From positions 1-64,000 of the IMG/VR virus record IMGVR_UViG_3300030060_007423: a DNA stretch of 64,000 nt, one strand, 5' to 3'. A program made the position numbers and the translations under genes. A model generated the notes under the pieces. It did not search any database. It was given only the letters and a program-made list of their open reading frames with translations, and was not told the DNA's origin. Below are positions 20,677-31,248 of this stretch, one piece after another; the stretch's first letter is position 1, and each line of letters opens with the position of its first letter. This DNA comes from a virus.

Positions 20677-21015
20677 ATGAGTAAATTCAAACCAAGAACT
20701 AGAAATGGTCAAGTAATTAAGAATTACATAAAGAGAACAGACTTTGTTCTTCCGGGTTGCGCTAATGGCGTAAAAGTACCAAATGCTTCACCCGGAGCAT
20801 TAGAGAAATCATTAAAGATTCTAAAAAGACAATTAAAGGATACTGAAATGTTTACTGAGTTGAGGGAGAGACAATATTTTGAAAAGCCTTCTGCAAAGAA
20901 ACGTAAACAAAAACAGCAAGCTATCAGAGCTCAAAAGAAATGGGAGAGAGATAGAAAGCGGTATGAAAAACAACATCCTTGTTGGACAGTTATTAGAAAC
21001 GGACAAGCACAATAA
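20677..21015 (+). CDS. rpsU: Phage-encoded 30S ribosomal protein bS21 with terminal extensions
   Basis: LEKSLKILKR...ELRERQYFEKPSAKKR core; located between protease and scaffold genes. Confidence 0.9.
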   Translation: MSKFKPRTRNGQVIKNYIKRTDFVLPGCANGVKVPNASPGALEKSLKILKRQLKDTEMFTELRERQYFEKPSAKKRKQKQQAIRAQKKWERDRKRYEKQHPCWTVIRNGQAQ

Positions 21016-21022
21016 GTTAATT

Positions 21023-21045
21023 GGGAGATTTATTCTCCCTTTTTT
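21023..21045 (+). terminator. Intrinsic terminator after bS21
   Basis: GGGAGA-tttat-TCTCCC followed by T6. Confidence 0.8.
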
Positions 21046-21087
21046 CATTTTTATAGTTAAAAATACACACTTTTAGTATATACAAAT

Positions 21088-21095
21088 ATATTTAT
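21088..21095 (+). promoter_or_regulatory. Late-type promoter motif ATATTTAT (representative copy, before scaffold/capsid)
   Basis: Same octamer at 516, 7662, 10140, 13301, 16766, 21088, 24050, 24755, 24768, 27440, 27789, 30618, 31195, 32446, 44658, 47139, 52526, all in or at the edge of intergenic gaps. Confidence 0.7.
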
Positions 21096-21210
21096 CAAAT
21101 ATAATACACTATCAACCTCAAATATAGTGGTCACAAATTATTTATATTAATTCTATTATAGTTCAATAATAACTATATTTCCTGTAAACAAATATTAAAG
21201 GAGAACAATT

Positions 21211-22272
21211 ATGGCAAAAAGTGATTTGCTCAAAGAAGCTATTGCGGACGCTAAGGCGGTTCGTGAAACTGCAATCGCTAACGCTAAACTTGCTCTTGAA
21301 GAAGCTTTCACTCCGAAACTTCAAAGTATGTTGTCTAAGAAAATCTCAGAAGAGATGGAAGAAGATGATGATACTGAAGAAATGGAAGAGAATGTAGGAT
21401 CTTCTGAAATTGGAAAAGGTGACAACAGTTCACCGTCAGCTGATGCATCAGATTCATCAGACTTAGCAGATAACGTGGAAACCAAAAAAGAAACGGCCGA
21501 AGAGGGCGAAGAAATGGATGAAATGGAAGTTGAGGATGATTTAACTGAAGGCGAAGAAACTGACGAAGAAATGATGGAAACTGAAACTGATGAAATGGAA
21601 GAAGATGAAACTGAAGAAGTTTACGAAGCAGAAGAAACTGATGAGGACGACGAATTAGCCGAAATCATTAAAGAATTAGAAACTGATGAAGACGACATGG
21701 AGGTTGAAGAACCGAGTGCTGAAGACGTTCCTAGTGAAGAACCTGCTGAAGAACCAACTGAAGTTCCTGCTGATGAAATGGCAATGGAAGACGAGGAAAC
21801 CGACGAAATGGAAGAAGACATTGACATCCAAGAAGTTATTAAGGCGTTAAAAGAAGACGACGAAAATGACGAAATGATGGAAGATGAAACTGATGAAATG
21901 GAAGAAATGGTACCTGAATCTAAATTAAGAGAGGCTTATAACACTATTAGTGAAATGAGAAAAACTCTTAATGAAGTAAATCTTCTAAATGCTAAACTAT
22001 TATTTTCAAACAAATTGTTTAGAAGTAACGGTTTATCTGAAGGTCAGAAAATGAAAGTTATCGAAACATTCGATAGAGCAACTAACGTTAGAGAGGTAAA
22101 ATTAATTTACACAACTTTAGCTGAGTCTTTTAAGAGTCCAGTTAAAACTAAAAACAGAGTAACTGAAGGATTTGCGTCCAAACCAACAAAAGGTACTAAG
22201 TCTGCTAAGACTGTTATCAGTGAGGGAACAACGCTATCTAACAGATTTAAGAAATTAGCTAACATTCTATAA
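21211..22272 (+). CDS. gp22: Prohead core scaffold protein, gp22-like
   Basis: Extremely acidic low-complexity middle, coiled-coil ends, directly upstream of the capsid gene; AAGGAG SD. Confidence 0.8.
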   Translation: MAKSDLLKEAIADAKAVRETAIANAKLALEEAFTPKLQSMLSKKISEEMEEDDDTEEMEENVGSSEIGKGDNSSPSADASDSSDLADNVETKKETAEEGEEMDEMEVEDDLTEGEETDEEMMETETDEMEEDETEEVYEAEETDEDDELAEIIKELETDEDDMEVEEPSAEDVPSEEPAEEPTEVPADEMAMEDEETDEMEEDIDIQEVIKALKEDDENDEMMEDETDEMEEMVPESKLREAYNTISEMRKTLNEVNLLNAKLLFSNKLFRSNGLSEGQKMKVIETFDRATNVREVKLIYTTLAESFKSPVKTKNRVTEGFASKPTKGTKSAKTVISEGTTLSNRFKKLANIL

Positions 22273-22283
22273 GGAGAAAAAAA

Positions 22284-23987
22284 ATGTCAAATATAGGCAA
22301 CTTATTAAATGAAGCTGGCACTCAAATGAGAAAGCAACAAGATGCTACTAAACATCTTACTAATAAATGGAACAAAACTGGACTATTAGAGGGTATCGGA
22401 CACGAGTACGATAAAACTGGTATGGCTGTTTTACTTGAAAACCAAGCAAGACAACTTATCGATGAAAACTCATCTACTGGTACAACTACTTCATCTGAAC
22501 AATGGTCAGGTGTTGCTCTTCCACTAGTTAGAAGAATCTTTAGTGAAATTGCTGCAAAAGATTTTGTTAGTGTACAGCCAATGAATCTTCCTTCTGGACT
22601 AGTATTTTATTTAGATTTCAAATACGGTTCAGCAGAAGGAATCAACGATGGTAATAGATTTACCAAAGGATCCGATGTATTCGGAAACACATCTGCATCA
22701 GGCGACCCAGCCGGTGGTCTTTACGGTGCAGGAAGATATGGATATTCAATCAAAGATAAATCAGCAACAAGAGATAGTTTAACATTTGCAACTGCATCTT
22801 GGAAAGAAGCTGACTTTGATGGTAATCACTATTCTGCATCTAGCGCAATTGCTGCATTAGTTGCAAAAACTGGTGATGCTCCAATTAAATTAACTAAAGT
22901 ATCGTTTGGTATCGGTGACTTAAGTAATGTTGACAAATTGTCAGTAAGATCATGGGCTATAACTGGTTCATCTGTTGATGCTGCTGATACAATTGGTCAA
23001 TTTAACTTTTTAACTGATGCTTCTGGAAACGAAGTAACACTTACAGATAATGTATCTGATAGCGTTGCAGTATCTGCATCATTATTCGTTAACTTATCTC
23101 CAGGTGCTGGTGGAGCTTCTTCATCATTAGGCTTAAACTATAAAGCACAGCCTGCTGATACTTCAAGAGGTGACTTTGAAGATACTACTGGTGGTAACCC
23201 TGATAAGGACGCTGCTGGTGATATTCAGATTCCAGAAATCGATGTACAATTAAGAAGTGAAGCTATTGTTGCTAAGACTAGAAAATTAAAGGCAGTTTGG
23301 TCTCCTGAGTTCGCTCAAGACTTAAATGCTTACCACAGTATTGATGCTGAAGCTGAATTAACTTCTATGTTATCTGAGTATGTTTCTATGGAAATTGACT
23401 TAGAAATTTTAGATATGTTAATTCAAAACGCATTAACTGTTGATTACTGGTCAGCTACAATTGGTGAAACTATAAACGCTGAAGGAACGGCATTCGTTGC
23501 TGCATCTAACGCTGAAGCTTACCAACAAGGTACTTGGTTCCAAACACTTGGAACTAAAATCCAAAAAGTATCAAACAAAATACATCAGAAAACATTACGT
23601 GGTGGCGCAAACTTCGTAGTATGTTCTCCTGAAGTAGCAACTATTCTAGAATCAATTCCAGGATACGCTGCTGATACTGATGGTACTGCAATCGGTAAAC
23701 AAGGATTCGCAATGGGCGTTCAAAAAGTTGGTGCATTAAACAACAGATATACAGTTTACAAAAACCCTTACATGACTGAGAATACAATCTTGTTAGGATT
23801 TAGAGGAACTCAATTCCTTGAAACTGGTGCTGTTTATGCTCCGTACATTCCGCTTATCATGACTCCATTAGTGTATGACCCTCAAAACTTTACTCCAAGA
23901 AAAGGTGTAATGACGAGATACGCTAAGAAAATCGTGAGACCAGAATTCTATGGAAAAATCCATGTTAAAGATTTGAACAAACTTTAA
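22284..23987 (+). CDS. gp23: Major capsid protein, T4 gp23-like
   Basis: VQPMNLPSGLVFYL, AKTRKLKAVWSPEFAQDL, YAPYIPL, GVMTRY. Confidence 0.98.
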   Translation: MSNIGNLLNEAGTQMRKQQDATKHLTNKWNKTGLLEGIGHEYDKTGMAVLLENQARQLIDENSSTGTTTSSEQWSGVALPLVRRIFSEIAAKDFVSVQPMNLPSGLVFYLDFKYGSAEGINDGNRFTKGSDVFGNTSASGDPAGGLYGAGRYGYSIKDKSATRDSLTFATASWKEADFDGNHYSASSAIAALVAKTGDAPIKLTKVSFGIGDLSNVDKLSVRSWAITGSSVDAADTIGQFNFLTDASGNEVTLTDNVSDSVAVSASLFVNLSPGAGGASSSLGLNYKAQPADTSRGDFEDTTGGNPDKDAAGDIQIPEIDVQLRSEAIVAKTRKLKAVWSPEFAQDLNAYHSIDAEAELTSMLSEYVSMEIDLEILDMLIQNALTVDYWSATIGETINAEGTAFVAASNAEAYQQGTWFQTLGTKIQKVSNKIHQKTLRGGANFVVCSPEVATILESIPGYAADTDGTAIGKQGFAMGVQKVGALNNRYTVYKNPYMTENTILLGFRGTQFLETGAVYAPYIPLIMTPLVYDPQNFTPRKGVMTRYAKKIVRPEFYGKIHVKDLNKL

Positions 23988-24011
23988 TAGATTGATTTTT
24001 TAATATTGCTT

Positions 24012-24045
24012 AAGGGCCCTCTTTTTTGAGGGCCTTTTTGTTTTT
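24012..24045 (+). terminator. Intrinsic terminator after major capsid gene
   Basis: GGCCCTC-T6-GAGGGCC followed by a T-rich run. Confidence 0.9.
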
Positions 24046-24073
24046 GTTGATATTTATTGTAAAGGAGATTGTT

Positions 24074-24745
24074 ATGGCGCAACCATTTGCACGAGATGCA
24101 GGCACAAAAAATAATAAGAAGGGATATAGATTTCTTCTATCATTAAATGAAGAGCAAAAACTAGCGAAGGCTGAGATAATCAAAAACACAATTTCCGTTA
24201 TACTTGGAAAGGCTGGGTCGGGTAAAACTCTTTTGGCATGTCAAATTGCATTACACGAAGTGTTAAGTAAATCAAGAAAAAAAATAATTATTACTAGACC
24301 CACCATTTCTAAAGAAGACTTAGGACACCTTCCTGGAAACATGGAAGAAAAAATGTCTCCTTGGGTGGCACCAATTTATGGCAATATGTATCAACTACTT
24401 AGAAAGGAAAGAGTAGAACAAATGATAAGTAAAGGCCAGATAGAAATTGTACCTGTTAGTTATATGAGAGGTAGAACATTTTTAGATTCATGTGTTATTG
24501 TTGATGAATGTCAAAACCTTGACCATGAACAGACATTAATGATATTACAAAGGATTGGAATAAATAGCCGTATGATGTTCTGTGGAGACACAGACCAAGT
24601 TGACCTTAAGAAGAATGGTGATAGCGGTTTAAGCTTTCTAAAAAAGATAACAACAGTTGATGGCTTACATACAATAGAACTATTAGAAAATCATAGGCAC
24701 CCAATTCTTACAGAGATATTATCAGTATATAAATCATATAAATAA
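24074..24745 (+). CDS. phoH: PhoH-like ATPase
   Basis: GKAGSGKT, LGHLPG, YMRGRTF, IVDECQN, GDTDQVD; ATG 24074 after AAGGAG. Confidence 0.95.
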   Translation: MAQPFARDAGTKNNKKGYRFLLSLNEEQKLAKAEIIKNTISVILGKAGSGKTLLACQIALHEVLSKSRKKIIITRPTISKEDLGHLPGNMEEKMSPWVAPIYGNMYQLLRKERVEQMISKGQIEIVPVSYMRGRTFLDSCVIVDECQNLDHEQTLMILQRIGINSRMMFCGDTDQVDLKKNGDSGLSFLKKITTVDGLHTIELLENHRHPILTEILSVYKSYK

Positions 24746-24799
24746 GCATGATTGATATTTATATTTGATATTTATTTATAATAGATAAAGGAGATTAGT

Positions 24800-25942
24800 A
24801 TGGCTACAGCCCAAATATGGCCTGGTTCATCATCATTCGCAACCGGAGGTACACCTTTTGGATTATATGATTCAGATATGGCTTTTACTTCATCGGCAGA
24901 TAACACAGCTGCTTGGTGTGCTAAAAGATTAGGTTACCCAATTGTTGATGTAGAACTACAAGCAGAAAATTTTTATGCATGCTTTGAAGAAGCGGTGACG
25001 GAATATGGTGCACAAATAAATTATATGAACATCAAAAATAATTTATTTGTTATGCAAGGACAAGACACTGGGTCTAATCTATCTCAAAGAAATATTAAAC
25101 CAACAGCTGAAAATATTATTAGAATTTCTGAACAGTATGGTTCAGAGGTTGGTGTTGGTGGAACTATTGATTGGAGGTCAGGCTCAATAGACGTTAGTCA
25201 AGATGTACAAGTATATGATTTAGATACTTATGCAGAAGTTTCACATAGTGGTAAGGCAATGGAAATTAAGAGAGTATTTTATCAAGGAGCTCCAGCCATT
25301 GCAAAATATTTTGATCCGTATATTGGAACAGGAATGGGAAGCCAACAGTTATTGGATTCATTTAGTTGGGGCGATATGTCGCCAGCTGTCAATTATTTAA
25401 TGTTACCAATGTATGATGACCTTCTTAGAGTACAAGCAATTGAATTTAATGATCACATTAGAAAATCTGCATATACTTTTGAACTTATAAATAATAAGTT
25501 AAGAATATTTCCAATACCTGGTAATAATTTCAAATTGCATTTTCATTATATATTAAGAGAAGATAGAAATCCAGTTTCAGGTTCACAAGGTCAATCTGAA
25601 ATTAGTGACTTTTCAAATATTCCATATAACAATTTAATATATTCTCAAATAAATGATTCTGGAAAACAATGGATAAGAAAATATACATTATCATTGGTAA
25701 AAGAATTGCTAGGAAGTATACGTGGTAAATATAGTTCACTTCCAGGCGTAAAAGGTGAAGTAAGTTTAGATGGTGATACCTTAAGAAGTGAAGCAAGTGC
25801 AGAAAAAGAAATACTAATTACACAACTAAGAGATGACTTAGAAGCGGTTAGTCGTAGAAATATGATGGAGCGTGAAAATGAAATATCACAGTTCCAAAAT
25901 GAAGCATTAAATAAATTTCCTTATGGAATTTACATTGGATAA
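24800..25942 (+). CDS. gp13: Neck protein, gp13-like
   Basis: RLGYPIVDVEL; WIRKYTL..KELLG.IRGKY; position after capsid gene. Confidence 0.8.
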   Translation: MATAQIWPGSSSFATGGTPFGLYDSDMAFTSSADNTAAWCAKRLGYPIVDVELQAENFYACFEEAVTEYGAQINYMNIKNNLFVMQGQDTGSNLSQRNIKPTAENIIRISEQYGSEVGVGGTIDWRSGSIDVSQDVQVYDLDTYAEVSHSGKAMEIKRVFYQGAPAIAKYFDPYIGTGMGSQQLLDSFSWGDMSPAVNYLMLPMYDDLLRVQAIEFNDHIRKSAYTFELINNKLRIFPIPGNNFKLHFHYILREDRNPVSGSQGQSEISDFSNIPYNNLIYSQINDSGKQWIRKYTLSLVKELLGSIRGKYSSLPGVKGEVSLDGDTLRSEASAEKEILITQLRDDLEAVSRRNMMERENEISQFQNEALNKFPYGIYIG

Positions 25943-25947
25943 ATAGT

Positions 25948-26493
25948 ATGGCATTATTTGGAAGACAACGGGATATAAAGCTATTTAATAGTTTGAATAG
26001 GGAAATGATAAATGACATTTCTGATTTGAAGATAGACATTTATAAGCCATCGTTATCTGATTCAAAAATAAACCTGTATGGTGAAGCAACAAAAAGAGTA
26101 TACCTATCAGCAGTTAGAGTAGCATGTTTAATAGATTTGGAAAATCCAGAATTTTCAGAAGATGAATTGGCTGGCTTTGATGTATCACAAACTGTAACGT
26201 ATTACTTTCTAAAAGATATACTTCAAAACGATGCTGATATTGTATTAGAAGTAGGTGATGTATTTAATTGGGATGAATCATATTGGGAGGTTGATACTGT
26301 TAATGAAAGTGATTACTTTTTAGGAAAAAATCCTGATACAAATAAAGATGTTGTTGGAAAGGCAATAGAGAATAGATTTGGTTCAAGCATTTCAATAATT
26401 TGTGAAACGCATTTAACTAGAAGAACGGCATTATCAATAGAACAAACAAATACTGGATATTCAGAAAAATATAACTTACCAAGTAACCTATAA
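25948..26493 (+). CDS. gp14: Neck/head-closure protein, gp14-like
   Basis: NLYGE and EVGDVF motifs; synteny. Confidence 0.65.
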   Translation: MALFGRQRDIKLFNSLNREMINDISDLKIDIYKPSLSDSKINLYGEATKRVYLSAVRVACLIDLENPEFSEDELAGFDVSQTVTYYFLKDILQNDADIVLEVGDVFNWDESYWEVDTVNESDYFLGKNPDTNKDVVGKAIENRFGSSISIICETHLTRRTALSIEQTNTGYSEKYNLPSNL

Positions 26494-26495
26494 AA

Positions 26496-27416
26496 ATGGA
26501 ACAAAGAAAAAAACCTATACCAAAGCAAGCAGTTTCTAAAACTGTAAATAGGGCAGAACAAGTCAAAAGAGATGACAATGTCCAAAACTTTGATATGGGA
26601 TTGTATCAGATAGATGAAACAATAAAATATTATTTTGATAATGTAATAATGCCACAAGTTACAGATAGTAATGACAATGTTGTACCTGTACCTGTAATTT
26701 ATGGTTCTCCTCAAAGATGGAAGGCTGCTCAAAAATCAGGTTTCTATCGTGATAAAAAAGGTAGAATACAACTTCCATTAATAATGTATAAGAGAACGGG
26801 TATTGAAAAGAATAGAAATTATTCTAGACATTTTGACCATGCAAATAACAATTTGTATTATACATTTGAAAATAGAAATACACAAATAAATAAATATGAT
26901 AATTTTTCTGCACTGATTGGTCAAAAACCAAAAAAAGAATTACATAAAGTAGTTGTACCATCTTATGTTAATTTAACATATGAATGTATTATATGGTGTG
27001 AATTTATAGAACAGATAAATAAAGTGGTTGAGGCTGTTGAATATGCAAGTGATTCATATTGGGGTGACCCTGAAAGATTTAAGTTCTCTTCAAAAATTGA
27101 TTCGTTTGACGGCGTAACTGATTTGGTACAAGGTGGTGATAGAACAGTAAGAAGTTCATTTTCAATAAATATGTTTGGATATATTATACCAGATGCGCTA
27201 CAGAAAAAACTTAAAGAATCAAGTCAAAAAGTATTTACATCTGCAAAAGTTACATTTGGAAATGAAACTGTATCTGGAGACATAGCAAATTTAATGGGTG
27301 GTGATCCGTTAGAAAACCCTGATAGCGTTGGTCGACCAATAATTCCAGAATCCGATGCATCACCATCAGATGAGCTTAGAGGAATTTCATCTAGAAGGCT
27401 TCGTGGCAAAAAATAA
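26496..27416 (+). CDS. gp15: Tail terminator/sheath stabiliser, gp15-like
   Basis: VPVIYGSPQRW, LPLI; synteny. Confidence 0.7.
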   Translation: MEQRKKPIPKQAVSKTVNRAEQVKRDDNVQNFDMGLYQIDETIKYYFDNVIMPQVTDSNDNVVPVPVIYGSPQRWKAAQKSGFYRDKKGRIQLPLIMYKRTGIEKNRNYSRHFDHANNNLYYTFENRNTQINKYDNFSALIGQKPKKELHKVVVPSYVNLTYECIIWCEFIEQINKVVEAVEYASDSYWGDPERFKFSSKIDSFDGVTDLVQGGDRTVRSSFSINMFGYIIPDALQKKLKESSQKVFTSAKVTFGNETVSGDIANLMGGDPLENPDSVGRPIIPESDASPSDELRGISSRRLRGKK

Positions 27417-27483
27417 TCACATTTTAGAAAAAGTTTTAGATATTTATTATTGTTAACTTATTTATATTAAAAGGAGAAATGTT

Positions 27484-27762
27484 ATGGCAGAAACGACAGA
27501 AAAAGTCGACAATATCAAGTTTACAACAGATGAGATTGACAAATTAAAAGATATAAGAAATAGATACCAAGAATTAGTTTTTCAACTGGGACAAGTAAGA
27601 GCCCAACAAATAGATTTTGAAATTAAAGAATCAAATATTACAAACTCGGTTAAAGAACTAAAAAAGGAAGAGCAAACTTTTGCAGCTGAATTAAACACGA
27701 AATATGGAGCAGGTTCATTAGATATACAAACTGGTGAATTTAACCCATTAAAAAAGCAGTAA
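27484..27762 (+). CDS. Small coiled-coil hypothetical protein
   Basis: 92 aa, KYGAGSLDIQTGEF end; AAGGAG SD and late motif. Confidence 0.75.
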   Translation: MAETTEKVDNIKFTTDEIDKLKDIRNRYQELVFQLGQVRAQQIDFEIKESNITNSVKELKKEEQTFAAELNTKYGAGSLDIQTGEFNPLKKQ

Positions 27763-27856
27763 AACTTGGTCTTTCGGTTTCTGAGTTTATATTTATATAT
27801 GTAATTATTAGCACAAAAACAATGTGTTGAGTTAAATTAATTTATGGAGAAAATAG

Positions 27857-30601
27857 ATGGCCGAAAAAATAGTTAGTCCTGGTGTATTTACCTTAGAAAA
27901 GGACCTCTCATTTGTCCCACAGGGTGTGTCTGAAATTGGAGCGGCGATAGTAGGACCTACAGAGAAGGGCCCTGCATTCGTACCAACTTTAGTTTCAAAC
28001 TACGGAGAGTTTGAGAGAATATTTGGAACAGACACAGATGTGTCATATGTACCCTACACAGTTAAAGAATATTTGCAAAGTGCAGGAACTGTAACAATCG
28101 TTAGAGTTTTAGATGTTGGTGGTTATACACTAACACCACTTGGAATACAATTATCAGATTCAGGAAATGCGGCAGCTGCTGCTTCTGGGTCATTGGTACT
28201 TAGAAGTATTTCAGGTTCAGACTTCTTTATTACTGGTTCAGGTGGTACAATTTATAAATTTGTTGGTACAACCGACATAGGTGCAACTGATGAAGATTCA
28301 GATACTACAAAACTATTCTTTATCTCTGGTGCAGACATAAGTCATGCAGCTTTATCTGCATCTTTTGAAAACTTCATCAACGAGTTAAATGCTAACTCAA
28401 CAACAATGGGTATTAATTTCCAAACATCATCAGCAGCTGGACAATTTTCAGTTCATATGACTGCATCTACTGCAGGTACTGGTGGTAACACGTTAGGAAT
28501 TAAAATGTCAGCAACCGCTTCTCAAGTTGATACATTAGAAGGTGGTACTGCTGCTGGAGCTGGTGCAAGATTAGTATCAGTTATCCATCCAGGAAACAAT
28601 GCAAATGACGCAACAGGTAATTATGATGCTTCAACATTCGGCACGTCTACATCAACAAGTACTCTGTTTAGATTATCTGGTTCAGCTGATACAACTGGAA
28701 CAGATGTAACTGCATCGTTTAACACATCAGACAACACATACATTGAGAATATATTTGATGATACACCTAAATCTGCTAAGTCAGGATACTTACTAGTTAA
28801 CTTTAGAGAATATCAAGCAAGTTCATATACAACGGCAACATCAGTATCATACGTAACAAGTTCTATTGATTACGGAAATGGTGGAACAGATGCTAGCCCA
28901 GCGTATAAACAAGCAGCTACTCCAATGATTACTTCACAATTTATCGATGGTACAAATACTACTGATTTATTCCAAGTAAAAACAAGAGCTCATGGTGATT
29001 CAACAAACCGTTCTTATAAAATAGCTATTACAGATGTTAAATTTGCAAGTGAAGTACCAAATAGTGATTATGGTACGTTTACACTTTCAGTTAGAGACTT
29101 TAATGATACTGATAAAAACCCAGTAGTATTGGAATCTTTTGCTGGTTTAACATTAAATAGAATGTCTCCAAACTTTGTTAGTAGAGTAATTGGTGACCAA
29201 AACATAACTGTAGATGGTGATGGTAAAATTACCGTTTCTGGTGACTATCCAAATAGAAGCCAATACATCTACTTAGCACCAGCAACTGGATTGAATGAAG
29301 GTGGTCTTGCTAAACCATTAGTACCATTTGGATTTGCTAAGGTTAAAGAACCAACCCCATCAGCATTTGGAACATGTCCAACTGCATCGTTGAAAACAAC
29401 ACAACAAGATTCTGCAGGTGCATATCAATCATATGTTCACTACGGATTTGATTTTGATAATATATTAACGGCAAATGACAATATCAATTACTTAAACCCA
29501 ATTGATACAAATGCAGGAAATGGTAACAATGTAATATTTAACCTTGCTGCTAATTTCTCTCATATTAGTCATTCAACTGCTGCAAGCTTATCATTATCAG
29601 GTTCTACTTCACCACTTAACGCAAGAAAGTTCGCTGTTCCATTCCAAGAAGGATTTAATGGAATGAATCCAGGTGTTAAGAAAAATGCAGGTGGAGATAT
29701 AACTGCAGGTAATACATTCGGATTCAATCTTTCATCAGCTACTGATACAGGTGCTAAATCATATAAGAAAGCATTAAAGGCAATCAGTAACCAAGATGAG
29801 TTTGATATTAATATGATTGTAACTCCTGGTGTTATTTCAAGATTACACGCTTCAACTGCTCAACAAGCAATTGATGTTGCAGAACAAAGAAGTGACTGTT
29901 TCTATATAATGGATGCAGGAGCTAAAACTGATTCTATATCATCAATCACTGGTGAAGTTGAAAATTATGATACTAGTTACGCTGCAACGTACTACCCATG
30001 GGTTAAGATACGAGATGCTGCTACGAACCAATTTAAGTTTGTACCGCCATCAGTAGTACTACCTGGAGTATATTCATTCAATGACAAAGTTGCTCATGAA
30101 TGGTTTGCACCGGCTGGTCTTAACAGAGGTGGACTTACAACTGTAACTGACGTATACAATAGATTAACACATGCAGATAGAGACGAACTATATGATGGAA
30201 GAGTTAATCCTATTGCATCGTTCCCAGGACAAGGTGTAACTGTATTTGGACAGAAAACATTACAGGTTAAAGCATCTGCTCTTGACAGAGTAAATGTTAG
30301 AAGATTATTAATTAACCTTAAGAAATTCATTGCATCAACTGCTAGATTCTTAGTATTTGAAAATAACACTACAGCAACAAGAAATAGATTCCTAAGTACA
30401 GTGAATCCATATCTAGAAAGTGTACAACAAAACCAAGGACTATATGCGTTTAGAGTTGTAATGGACGAAACAAACAATACCCCAGATATGATTGATAGAA
30501 ATATCATGAAAGGTGAAATATTTATTCAACCTGCGAAAGCAGCAGAATTTATAGTTGTTGACTTCAACATTTTACCAACTGGAGCATCGTTTAATGACTA
30601 A
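27857..30601 (+). CDS. gp18: Tail sheath protein
   Basis: SPGVF, KGPAFVP, YYPWV, WFAPAGLNRG, DRVNVRRL, FENN. Confidence 0.97.
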   Translation: MAEKIVSPGVFTLEKDLSFVPQGVSEIGAAIVGPTEKGPAFVPTLVSNYGEFERIFGTDTDVSYVPYTVKEYLQSAGTVTIVRVLDVGGYTLTPLGIQLSDSGNAAAAASGSLVLRSISGSDFFITGSGGTIYKFVGTTDIGATDEDSDTTKLFFISGADISHAALSASFENFINELNANSTTMGINFQTSSAAGQFSVHMTASTAGTGGNTLGIKMSATASQVDTLEGGTAAGAGARLVSVIHPGNNANDATGNYDASTFGTSTSTSTLFRLSGSADTTGTDVTASFNTSDNTYIENIFDDTPKSAKSGYLLVNFREYQASSYTTATSVSYVTSSIDYGNGGTDASPAYKQAATPMITSQFIDGTNTTDLFQVKTRAHGDSTNRSYKIAITDVKFASEVPNSDYGTFTLSVRDFNDTDKNPVVLESFAGLTLNRMSPNFVSRVIGDQNITVDGDGKITVSGDYPNRSQYIYLAPATGLNEGGLAKPLVPFGFAKVKEPTPSAFGTCPTASLKTTQQDSAGAYQSYVHYGFDFDNILTANDNINYLNPIDTNAGNGNNVIFNLAANFSHISHSTAASLSLSGSTSPLNARKFAVPFQEGFNGMNPGVKKNAGGDITAGNTFGFNLSSATDTGAKSYKKALKAISNQDEFDINMIVTPGVISRLHASTAQQAIDVAEQRSDCFYIMDAGAKTDSISSITGEVENYDTSYAATYYPWVKIRDAATNQFKFVPPSVVLPGVYSFNDKVAHEWFAPAGLNRGGLTTVTDVYNRLTHADRDELYDGRVNPIASFPGQGVTVFGQKTLQVKASALDRVNVRRLLINLKKFIASTARFLVFENNTTATRNRFLSTVNPYLESVQQNQGLYAFRVVMDETNNTPDMIDRNIMKGEIFIQPAKAAEFIVVDFNILPTGASFND

Positions 30602-30644
30602 AAACCTGTGAAGGTAGATATTTATAATAAATGGAGAAAATAAA

Positions 30645-31133
30645 ATGGCAGAGTTAATCGACCCAAATGAAATAATGTTTAGAGCTTTTCAGCCGAAAGT
30701 TCAAAACCGATTTGTAATGATAATTGATGGTATACCTAGTTTTATCTGTAAAAGAGCTAGTAGACCAAGTATCAATACAGAAGCAAAAAAGTTAGACCAC
30801 ATAAACACTTACAGAAAGATTGCAGGTAAATCTGAGTGGCAAGACGTTACTGTAGGACTATATGATCCTATTGTACCATCTGGTGCACAAGCTGTAATGG
30901 AGTGGGTAAGACTACACTATGAATCAGTAACAGGTAGAGCAGGATATAGCGATTTCTATAAGAAAGACGTTACATTCCATGTATTAGGACCTGTTGGTGA
31001 CAAAGTAGAAGAATGGACACTTAAAGGTGCATTTATTACTGCTGCTACATTTGGTGATTTAGATTGGACGGCTGACGAACCACTAGAAATCGAAATGACT
31101 CTATCTTACGACTACGCAATATTACAATTCTAA
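30645..31133 (+). CDS. gp19: Tail tube protein
   Basis: 162 aa after sheath; NRF, WTLKGAF, LSYD. Confidence 0.9.
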   Translation: MAELIDPNEIMFRAFQPKVQNRFVMIIDGIPSFICKRASRPSINTEAKKLDHINTYRKIAGKSEWQDVTVGLYDPIVPSGAQAVMEWVRLHYESVTGRAGYSDFYKKDVTFHVLGPVGDKVEEWTLKGAFITAATFGDLDWTADEPLEIEMTLSYDYAILQF

Positions 31134-31155
31134 TCATTGTGTAATAAATATTCAG

Positions 31156-31188
31156 AAAAGGTCCCAGTTTTGGGACTTTTTTTGTTTT
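31156..31188 (+). terminator. Intrinsic terminator after tube gene
   Basis: GTCCCA-gttt-TGGGAC followed by T7. Confidence 0.9.
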
Positions 31189-31248
31189 ATAAATATATTT
31201 ATATATACCAATGAACAACAATAGTTTTATTAAATAGGAGAAAAAGTT

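Noticed and set aside
24026-24073. TTG start of phoH at 24026
   Set aside because: Falls inside the capsid terminator; ATG 24074 has AAGGAG and the late motif upstream
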